From: Octopus vulgaris
Taxonomy: Eukaryota
Direction: 5' to 3'
DNA length: 64,000 nucleotides
Assembly (NCBI GenBank): GCA_951406725.2
Contig: OX597821.1
Location: 116,126,001 to 116,190,000, forward strand
Part shown: positions 53,836 to 64,000 of the stretch, in pieces
How the letters are laid out: every line of letters begins with the position of its first letter
How positions within the stretch are numbered: position 1 is the stretch's first letter
Notes under the pieces: model-generated
What the model saw: only the letters and a program-made list of their open reading frames with translations
Databases searched by the model: none
What the model was told of the DNA's origin: nothing
Program-made: the position numbers and the translations under genes

Positions 53836-54128
53836 GTTTGTAAATCAAAACGGTGTACCACCTGCGTTAGCAACGTCTATCATGTAATAAATGTCATCAT
53901 CATGAGTGGGTGTATATGCATATTTCAGGAGTTATTGTTCCTTCTCATCACCGCACCCGACCCATTAACCATCCACGAACACCACTAAATCTTTGTAGCC
54001 ATTAAAGTAATGTATTCGATCATTTACATAGATGTATTCCTAAATGAAATATCGTAACATGCAGTACTGGCTTTAGTTTCTATAGAAAGTCTAAGGAGAT
54101 AACTTTAAATATATATATCTCTTTTAAA

Positions 54129-54357
54129 GGCGGCGAGCTGGAAGAAACGTTAGCACGCCGGGCGAAATGCGTAGCCGTTTTTCGTCTGCCGTTACGTTCT
54201 GAGTTCAAATTCCGCCGAGGTCGACTTTGCCTTTCGTCCTTTCGGGGTCGATAAATTAAGTACCAGTTACGCACTGGGGTCGATGTAATCGGCTTAATCC
54301 GTTTGTCTGTCCTTGTTTGTCCCCTGTGTTTAGCCCCTTGTGGGTAGTAAAGAAATA
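54129..54357 (+). mobile_element. SINE family A, full length
   Basis: Family consensus match. Confidence 0.92.
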
Positions 54358-54361
54358 TATA

Positions 54362-54554
54362 TCTCTCTTTTACTTGTTTCAGTCATGTGATTGTGGCCAT
54401 GCTGGAGCACCGCCTTCAGTCGAGCAAATCGACCCCAGGACTTATTCTTTGTAAGCCTAGTACTTATTCTATCGGTCTCTTTTGCCGAACCACCAAGTTA
54501 CGGGGGCGTATACACACCAGCATCGGTAGTCAAGCGATGTTGGGGAGACAAACA

Positions 54555-54632
<78 letters not shown>

Positions 54633-54777
54633 TATACGACGGGCTTCTTTCAGTTTTCGTCTACTAAATCCACTCACAAGGCTTTGGTCGGCCCGAGGCT
54701 ATGGTAGAAGACACTTGCCCAAGGTGTCACGCAGTGGGACTGAACTCGAAACGATGTGGTTCGTAAGCAAGCTACTT
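54362..54777 (-). mobile_element. SINE family B, 3' portion (split by insertion; 5' tip at 55940-55973)
   Basis: Ends ...GTAAGCAAGCTACTT and resumes TAAGCAAGCTACTTACCACACAGCCACTCCT. Confidence 0.92.
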
Positions 54778-55939
54778 TATTTCATGAAGATTCGCCATTA
54801 AGGCGTTACATAGAGGGGACGTACAAATACAGACAAACATATAGGGTGTAGTAGCTTAAAACGTTTTAGTATTTACAATATAATGTGTACAGTATTTACA
54901 ATATAAAGTTTACAAATTTAATATCACATAGTAGGGCAAGGAACCCAACCATCTAGGTAGAACCTTTACTTCTTGATCCGGCCACACTTACCTGGTGCCA
55001 AATATACCCAGCTTGCAAGCTACAGACTTCCATCTTTTCACAAACATATCTCGTGACAGACACCTCTTCTTCAGCCTGAGGTGGTAACTAAAAATGTTAA
55101 CCAGCCCCTGGCCGGATACAAAGGTACCTGTCACTATACCTTTCGTACGCGTCTTCCATACTGTTTCTTTCAATATGGCTACTACGCAGGAAAAACAAGC
55201 TTTCCTTTCCCTGCTGAGGAAGGGAGGTGGCACAATCTCAATGATAGACTCCGCTGATATCTGTACTCTTCCACTCACTGACAACAGTTGTTCGGCAAAA
55301 GCAATCAGTCCCGATAACTCCGGGCACTCCACGAATGCGTGCAAGACGGTTTCCCTATCCCGCTCAAGGCGGCGAGCTGGCAGAAACGTTAGCACGCCGC
55401 GCGAAATGCTTTGCGGTATTTCGTCTAGCGCTACGTTCTGAGTTCAAATTCCGCCGAAGTCGATTTTGCCTTTCATCCTTTCGAGGTCGATAAATTAAGT
55501 ACCAGTGACGCACTGGGGTCGATATAATCGACTTGATCCCCTTGTCTGTCCTTGTTTGTCCCCTCTGTGTTTAGCCCCTTGTGGGTAGTAAAGAAATAGG
55601 TTTCCCTATCCCGCTCACATCGCGGACATGTCGACGAGACGGCACTTCCGTGCCTTGACAGCTTGTCCAATTGCCAGTCCCCCAGCCTAGGTCTCTGCTT
55701 GATCCAATTACAAATGTCCGTTAAGGACGTTAATTGCGGAAGGTAGAACCGAACGTTAGGTGACTACACCTGCTCTCCATCCAGGTAAAGCCAGAGGTGC
55801 CTCAACCTTAACGCGAATTTTCGCATCTTCAGCCAAGGCATCCCTAGCCCACCCTTTAGCGGTTTCTGGCAGCAGACAGAGCGCTTTACAAGTGGCTTTC
55901 CTCCTTTCCACAAAAAGCGGAATAGGATTCTCTCCAACT
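54778..55939 (-). mobile_element. 5'-truncated Tx1/L1-type LINE (ORF2 C-terminus plus 3'UTR) with 14-bp TSD
   Basis: FRFLWKGGKP..KGGLGMP, CPRC..ETVLHAFVEC zinc motif, VWKTR, stop at 54988; TSD at 54764-54777 and 55940-55953. Confidence 0.9.
55367..55598 (+). mobile_element. SINE family A nested in the Tx1-like element, 19-bp TSD
   Basis: GGTTTCCCTATCCCGCTCA at 55348-55366 and 55599-55617. Confidence 0.95.
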
Positions 55940-56932
55940 TAAGCAAGCTACTTACCACACAGCCACTCCTACGATATACATACATACACACACACACACA
56001 TATATATATATATGTATGTATGTATGTATGTATAAATAAATAAATAAAATATAAATGATATTACAATACACCGCCGCAAAATTGAATTATAAATTGGAAA
56101 TAGTAGCACAACAAGGCACCTGTTTGCTGGAAATAGCAGTCGATAACCGTACGATGCTATATAAAGCTTCACTGAATGTATAGAGGCGAAGATGTGTGCG
56201 GGCGGCGAACATAAAAAAATGTTCGTCTTACCTCTACGAGGAACGCCAGAGAAATGGACAACCTAGAACTCGAGTTTCAGACTTCCCAGAAAACGATTGT
56301 TATCATGTAAAGTATAGAAGCCATCTTATCATGGCTAACCACATTGAGGAGGGGGTGTTACTGTAGCTTTATAGCCCCAAGAGATCTTCGTCTCTAGCTG
56401 GCTTTAGACACAATATCTGTGTCCTTGGAGTATTTGCAAAGGGAGGCCATCCCTTCCTCGCAAGCCTGAGTGATACGCTCGAACTAGTTTCGGGATTGTT
56501 GTCCCTCGTCAACGGGCGGTAACCACCAGGTAGCGATGAAAAAGAATCATAAATCTGGTAAGTTAAGAGATCCAGGTGTAATCTAGGATTTTGCTGGCAT
56601 AAAAAACAGACTTGGGTCTGAAGCACCCTTGCGGGAAAAATACTGATGAGACAATATAAACAAGAAAAGTAATGAAAAAAATTTGGAAGGGGCCACGGAA
56701 TAGGAAGGTGGCTGGGATGTGACGCACACAGACACCGTTTTTTTTCGCTTTTAATCTTTCTTTAATCTCTCTTACCCTCTTAACCCAACTCTTCTCAGTC
56801 TCACATTTTTTTTTACTCACCTCTCATAATATACACACGCACGCGCGCGTACACACACGCTCACACGTACATGCGCGCGCGTATGTAGAGATGTGTATGT
56901 ATACACGTCTATCTATCTATCTATCTATCTAT

Positions 56933-57104
56933 TTTATTTTTTATTTTATTTGTTTTTGTTCTTCTTTTTCTCTTTTACGATCCCTTTTGATCGAAAACCT
57001 ACGCCACCCTTTTTTTTTATCACCCCCAAAAGAAAAGCTCTACCTTGTAACTTGTCCCATCTGTGTGCAGCCCTGTGTGGCCAATAAAGAAACTTATCTA
57101 TCTT

Positions 57105-57164
<60 letters not shown>

Positions 57165-57342
57165 ATTATCTATCTATCTATCTATCTTTTTTTTATCCCC
57201 CCCTTTTTTTTGTCCTCTTTCTTTCCATTTACGATCCCTTTTGATCGAAAACCAAAGCCCCTTCTTTTACCCCCAAAAGAAAAGCTCTACCTTGTAATTT
57301 TGTCCTGTCTGTGTGCAGCCCTGTGTGGCTAATAAAGAAACA

Positions 57343-57345
<3 letters not shown>
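56933..57345 (+). mobile_element. Two short 3'-UTR stubs of a Tx1-like family within (TATC)n
   Basis: Units ~56933-57092 and ~57187-57341 each end TGTCC..TCTGTGTGCAGCCCTGTGTGGCYAATAAAGAAAC and are bracketed by (TATC)n. Confidence 0.65.
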
Positions 57346-57414
<69 letters not shown>

Positions 57415-57419
57415 ACTGT

Positions 57420-57654
57420 ATATGCATACATACGTTCATGCATATATACATGTATACATACACGCATACATACATACATACATACACGCATACATACATA
57501 CATACATACATACATACATACATACATACATACATACATACATACATACATACATACATACATACACGCATACATACATACATACATACATACATACATA
57601 CATACATACATACATACATACATACATACATACACGCATACATACATACATACA

Positions 57655-57684
<30 letters not shown>
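57420..57684. repeat. (CATA)n microsatellite
   Basis: Directly visible. Confidence 0.95.
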
Positions 57685-57685
<1 letters not shown>

Positions 57686-58805
57686 GTCAAATATAAACAT
57701 AACAGGCCGGATATTGTTGTTTGGGACAGAGGGGCAAAAGTATGTACATCAGGCTGAGGGTGTCTTGGCATCACTCACCAAATCCTTTGTGAGCCACTCT
57801 CCGGCTATCTATCTGCGGCTTTATATAGCTATGGTAAGACCTCACCTGGAGTTTGCATCACCGGTCTGGAACCCCTATCTTGCCCAGGACATCAATCGTC
57901 TGGAAGCTGTTCAGCGACGTGCAACCAAAAGAATACCCTCCATCAGGCATTTGCCATATCCTGAACGCCTTACTTCCTTGGGCATGGACACATTGAAACT
58001 CCGACGTCTGGCAGCTGACCTGGCAGACACCCATAAAATTATCAACCATCGCACAAACAATAACACTGAGCACCTCTTCAAACTCGACCCATCTAACACC
58101 CGTGGACATATTTACAAAGTAAGAAAACAGCACAGCTCCCATGACTTCAGGAAATATTTTTTCACGCTGAGAGTTGCTGAAGCGTGGAACAAACTGCCGG
58201 CATCGGTTGTTAGTTGTCGGAGCACTGCATCCTTCAAGACTTCCATGCTTCCTGAGATTCGCCAACACTACACTTGATTTTCTCCCCTCCATTCACACAC
58301 AAGCATGTTCACTTTCCAGACATTTCTACATTACTGCATGTACTTTATATGCACTTTCTGACAAGTTGTGGTGTACCTGAGCACTGTATACAATAATTTC
58401 ATTATTATTATCATAGAGGTCAGCTGCCCTGCAGATATATCTCTTCGAAAATCAACGATAAAGAGCATGTCTATGGATAACTGCTTCGAAACTTCCTGCT
58501 TCTATATCCAGACTATGAATTCATATTCATACCAATAATAATTGGAGCACTAGGCTTTGTTAGTAAATGCTTAGAGAAGAATCTGGATAAACTGGGATTT
58601 TCAGAAAGAGAAATTGACTGGCTGATTCGTACATTACAAGTGCAATCTGTGAGTGGAACAGTAAAAATATTGCAAGACTTTTCTCAAGTTCCAAATAGTG
58701 TATTTGTCTGTGTTAACTGCATCCCAAAGACGGAGCCTTGTATTTTTGTTGGAAACCGGTTCCCTCCTCAGTGGAAGATTTATAATAATTAAGAAATAGA
58801 AGAGA
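57685..58805 (+). mobile_element. 3' end of R4/Dong-like element, interrupted by a CR1-type insertion
   Basis: KYKHNRPDIVVWDRGAKVCT (57689-57750) resumes as IIEVSCPAD..LLYPDYEFIFIPIIIGALG at 58410. Confidence 0.85.
57751..58409 (+). mobile_element. 5'-truncated CR1-group LINE with open ORF2 C-terminus
   Basis: LYIAMVRPHLEFASPVWNP..LEAVQRRATK..FFTLRVAEAWNKLP, stop at 58277, (ATT)n tail. Confidence 0.9.
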
Positions 58806-60435
58806 CATACAAACATTCATACATACATTCATACATTCATTCATTCATACATACATACATACATACATACATACATACATACATGCATGCATGCATACAT
58901 ACATACATACATACATACATACATGCATGCATGCATGCATGCATACATACATACATACATACATACATACATACATACATACATACATACATGAACACAT
59001 ACATACATACATACATGCATGCATGCATACATACATACATACATACATACATGCATGCATGCATGCATACATACATACATACATACATACATACATACAT
59101 ACATGCATGCATGCATGCATACATACATACATACATACATACATACATACATACATGAACACATACATACATACATGCATGCATGCATGCATGCATACAT
59201 ACATACATACATACATACATACATACATACATACATACATACATACATACATACATACATACATGCATGCATGCATGCATGCATACATACATACATACAT
59301 ACATACATACATGAACACATACATACATACATGCATGCATGCATGCATGCATACATACATACATACATACATACATACATACATACATACATACATACAT
59401 GCATATATGCATACATACATACATGCATGCATACATACATACATACATACATACATACATACATACATACATACATACATACATACATACATGCATGCAT
59501 GCATGCATGCATGCATACATACATACATACATACATACATACATACATACATACATGAACACATACATACATACATACATGCATGCATGCATACATACAT
59601 ACATACATACATACATACATACATACATACATACATGAACACATACATACATACATACATGCATGCAGGCATGCATGCATGCGTACGTACGTACATATAT
59701 ACATACATACATGCATACATACATACATACATACATGCATGCATACATACATACATACATACATACATACATGCATACATACATGCATGCATGCATGCAT
59801 ACATACACACATGCATGCATGCATACATACATACATACATGCATACATACATACATACATGCATACATACATACATACATGCATGCATGCATACATACAT
59901 ACATACATACATACATACATACATGCATACATACATACATACATGAACACATACATACATACATGCATGCATGCATGCATACATACATACATACATACAT
60001 ACATACATACATACATACATACATACATACATACATACATACATACATACATGCATGCATGAATGCATACATACATACATGCACATACATACATGCATGC
60101 ATACATACATACATACATACATACATACATACATGCATACATACATACATACATGCATGCATGCATACATACATACATACATATATACATACATACATAC
60201 ATACATACATGCATGCATGCATACATACATACATACATACATACATACATACATACATGCATGCATGCATACATACATACATACATACATATATACATAC
60301 ATACATACATACATACATACATACATACATACATGCATGCAGGCATGCATGCATGCGTACGTACGTACATATATACATACATACATACATACATACATGC
60401 ACCTACATACATACATACATACATACATACATACA

Positions 60436-60466
<31 letters not shown>

Positions 60467-60470
60467 GTAC
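58806..60470. repeat. 1.66-kb (CATA)n/(CATG)n compound array with higher-order structure
   Basis: Recurrent CATGAACA marker; GCAGGCATGCATGCATGCGTACGTACGTAC block occurs twice (~59665, ~60339). Confidence 0.95.
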
Positions 60471-60970
60471 ATACACAGGCACACGCACACACACACACAT
60501 ATACACACGCACAGACACACTGACAAAATACGCATTTATATTGAGAGAGAGAGAAAGGTGGCGATAGAGGTGGGGAGAGAGAGAGAGAAGGCGAGAAAGA
60601 GGTAGAAGAGAAAGTGAGTGAAAGTTATAGAGATGGAATGTAATGAATGGTGTTAATATATACATCTCCATATTTACGTGTCATGTTTTCGGAAGAGAAA
60701 TGCAGAAAAGAGATGATTATGAATTCTTTCATATCCCTATTTAATTTCACCTACGCCGAAATGACTTGGAGATATAACATGAAAAACATGCTTAATACAT
60801 GGATATTGTGGCTATAAATCCTAAGAATTATATTACTTCAGAACGCAATATTTAACTTCTGACAAGACAAGCAATAGTTTTCTGTATTTCATTTCTGTAG
60901 GCAGAGGCAGGGCAGTATGGTAATGAAGCTCGCTTTGGAATCATGGGGTTTCGGATGCAGTCCCACTATT

Positions 60971-61203
60971 TATATTTCTTTACTACCCACAAGGGGCTGA
61001 ACACAGAGAGGACAAACAAGGACAGACAAACGGGTCAAGTCGATTACATCGACCCCAGTGCGTAACTGGTATTTATTTAATCGACTCCGAAAGATGAAAA
61101 GCAAAGTCGACCTCGGTGGAATTTGAACTCAAAACGTAACGGCAAACGAAATACCGCTAAGCATTTCGCCCGGCGTGCTAACGATTCTGCCAGCTCGCCG
61201 CCA
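60971..61203 (-). mobile_element. SINE family A, full length
   Basis: Family consensus match. Confidence 0.92.
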
Positions 61204-61344
61204 TATTGAAAAGAGTATAATTACCGTTATAGTAGCATTTATCATACTATACATAATAAAACATAGTAACTCCGTAAATAGGTATAAATGATAGACTCAT
61301 GATTTTTAGTCACTAGCTTTCTGAAGGTTTCTCGGTTTCGATAT

Positions 61345-63150
61345 TCAATTCTTTACGGATCGCCGAGCTTCACTGACAGTTGACATGTATTTGCTTCGAT
61401 GTGGCAAGAAAAGTGTAGAGGTTTCATTTTCATCCAACGCTTTCTGTATTTTCTCAAGGAACAGGGCATCTTTATTAGCCCGATCGTCACTGCTGATTCC
61501 TACAAAAGAGATAGAGCTTCCTGTCATCGTGTTTAACTGACCGTGCTTTGGCTCCTGCGAAACCTCCATGGGGATTTCTCCAGATGAGTCAATCACCTCC
61601 AAAAGATTCCCAGATGGCTCGCTTTCATCTTCCGACTCACTTTCGGCAGCTTTTTCCTCAGTGCCGTCACCATCAAATAAGCCTTCAATATTGATTGCAT
61701 ACTTGACCCCTTTCAGTGGAATTAAGTTCTTAATGACTCTCTGGATAGTATTTGGACAGAGTTTTGACATCATCTCTAGATGAAACTCTCGCATCGACGG
61801 ACCGATGAGGGGCATGATTCGGTCTGACACCTTATAATCTTCGGAGCCATCGAAAGCATTTGTGGCCCACGTCGACTTGAAAGCAGCTTCGACATCAATC
61901 TTGCAACCTGCATGCATTTGATGTGGAATAGGCATCATCACGGATCGAGTGGGCGTAGGTATTTTATTCGGAATTTGAATTAACTTTTCTAGCATCTTTG
62001 TTTTCTGTTTCGTGATATTTTGCTTTCAGTTGTTTGCGTAAGTGCGTGTCGCTAATTTGAACAAATCCGGTGATGCCGCCGCTGATGATGACTAGGGCAT
62101 AACCCCTTTTCCAGAGGGCGTCTCTCACCCCGGCATCAAATGCACCATGTAATCACCGAGCACATAAACGGCAAAGTTTGCATGTGAAGACATTTTGAAT
62201 CGGTTCGGAAGGTTTCCAATAATACAGAGCAGCTGTTCTAATCAATAACAACCTTTAGGAGACCATTAATATTTCATTGTAGGCTGGGCATTCCGTAGTG
62301 GTGGTCTTTTTCCAGTTTCTTTAAATACAAACTCTGGGATAAGATGGATTTTGGTATCCTTGCTAACCTGGGTGAACACTGTGATATGTTCCCTAGATAA
62401 ATGGTGGTTTTCTTTGACGAACGTTTATCTTGATTTCTGAATAATAAGGTAACTTGTCCGCTACTTTCATTCCGTTGCAAGGGCATTTGATCTCCATTGA
62501 TAATTAGGAGGATCTACGCCAAATTTGTCGAGGAAATAACAACGCACACTCCAAATGCTCTTCAAATAATCCTGAATGTGCTCAACCCATTGCTCTTTGG
62601 AGACTGAAATGTGTTTGTTTGGGAATCTCAGTGATACTTTATACCCCTTTTTGCCAACCTTTCATCCAGCTTTTTGAAAAACAAGGCCTTACCTCAGTTG
62701 GTGAGTCCACTCCTCATAAAATTTCTCAGCCTGTAATAGGAAAAGAGCTTGTGGTAATCTCGCATGCAGCGATGTTCTAACAGCCACAAACCATTCAAAC
62801 GATGCGTCTTTCACGCCTGGTACTTTTGTTTTACGACCTTCTCCAGCGACTCTGAAATACTTCATTAGGTGTTTTTCGGCGCAGTCAAGTTCACCTTTCA
62901 AATATTTTTCATAGCAGCGTTTGGCTACTTTAACTACAGAATCAAATAGTCGATCAGAGCTTTTGACACCAGCCAAATTCGAGTAAAACAAACGAACTGC
63001 TTTGGCGAGATATCCCTGCTTCGATGTGTCTGGGACATGGCGTTTCCTTTTAGCATCCCAATGACTTCCCCCTTTCATTCGCTCTAATGCAGAATCATAC
63101 TCCTCTTTGCATTTGTTCACCACGATAGTGGTGTTTACTTTTCTTCTATA
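61345..63150 (-). mobile_element. Decayed pogo-family (CENP-B HTH plus DDE) transposase
   Basis: RVAGEGRK..FEWFVAVRTSLHARLP..LQA, FSKSWMKGW, NGDQMPL; fragmented into 144-, 70- and 216-aa frames; TIRs not identified. Confidence 0.75.
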
Positions 63151-63494
63151 GAATAATTTCCATACGTTGCACCACGAAATACTCTTTTCTCTGCCATGAT
63201 GTTAGGAAAAAAGTTCAAAAAGAAATTACCCAGTCGTGTTCATCTTGTTAAAACTTTTATTTCGTAAAAAGCTTGTCCTGTAAGGATAAACAGTTCGTCA
63301 TTGAAGTTCTTAGTTTACGTGGAATTTGAGTTGGTGATTGGTAGAGAAATCGCAGAGAAGCTGAAAATGAAGACTTGTTGACTACAGTGCAGAGGGGCAG
63401 TAAACTCTCGCATATGTTACAGACAAGGGCAGTTGTCCAGCCTAAAGTTTTCATAAACTCCGGCTGGTTGTAAATGTTTTTTTTTTTGTTTTTT

Positions 63495-63790
63495 GTTGTT
63501 TGTTCCTTCTCGAGCCATGCCTGGCTCATAAGGGCCGGTTTCCCAGTTTCCTTGGCGTATAGGTTCCCCATCTGGACGGGACGCCGGTCCGTCGCAGGGG
63601 AGTTGCAAGATGCAGGAGGAAAGAGTGAGAGAAACTGGTGGCGAAAGAGTCAGCAGAAGTTCGCCATTACCTTCTGCCGGAGCCGCGTGGAGCTTAGGTG
63701 CTTCGCTCATAAACACACACATCGTCCGGTCTGAGATTCGAACCCGCGATCCCTCGACCGCTGCTCTAACCACTAAGCCATGTGCCTCCA
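63495..63790 (-). mobile_element. SINE family C variant
   Basis: Minus strand TGGAGGCACATGGCTTAGTGGTTAGAGCAGCGG..GGTTCGAATCTC; (CAA)-like tail. Confidence 0.8.
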
Positions 63791-63967
63791 CTTTCCCCAT
63801 TTTCCCTATTTCTAATTAATTCTTCATACGTCCACATAAATCATTTCGACTGCCTTACAACATATTTTATTCTACGCTTGGATTTCTTGTACGCATGCTT
63901 GGTGAGTGATATTTTATTACTCACGAACTGTGATTATTATTGTTAAATAACTATCAGGTGATATATG

Positions 63968-64000
63968 TTTCTTTACTACCCACAAGGGGCTAAACATAGA
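63968..64000 (-). mobile_element. Tail of SINE family A running off the window
   Basis: TTTCTTTACTACCCACAAGGGGCTAAACATAGA. Confidence 0.85.

Noticed and set aside
58837-60671. 500-600-aa ORFs (MYVC/HTYI repeats), also at 26624-27868 and 57311-57774
   Set aside because: Artefacts of stop-free tetra- and dinucleotide repeats
61345-61995. 216-aa ORF as a host gene
   Set aside because: Collinear with, and directly downstream of, disrupted pogo-type transposase frames

Overview
AT-rich, repeat-saturated animal DNA with no confidently identifiable host gene. The SINE families and microsatellite load look like an Octopus genome (inference). The window is a mosaic of three tRNA-headed SINE families (labelled A, B and C here), LINE relics (Tx1/L1, RTE, CR1-group, R4/Dong-like, Penelope-like), DNA transposons (maT, mariner, pogo/Tigger, a Merlin-like MITE), Helitron-like elements and long microsatellites. 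The main observation is a Tx1-like retrotransposon system. Two different elements, an ORF1-only 'half' element (29531-31567) and a 5'-truncated ORF2 copy (54778-55939), sit at exactly the same base in the tRNA-like head of two SINE-B copies. Both have the same 14-bp target duplication TAAGCAAGCTACTT and the same orientation. A second ORF1-only element has an intact ~454-aa frame (40847-42211), and SINE-A shares its 3' tail with these elements. Also seen: several hammerhead-ribozyme-like motifs in Penelope-type repeats, R4/Dong-like elements bracketed by (CATA)n, and a possible decayed tyrosine-phosphatase relic. All family assignments come from reading motifs by eye; no database searches were run.
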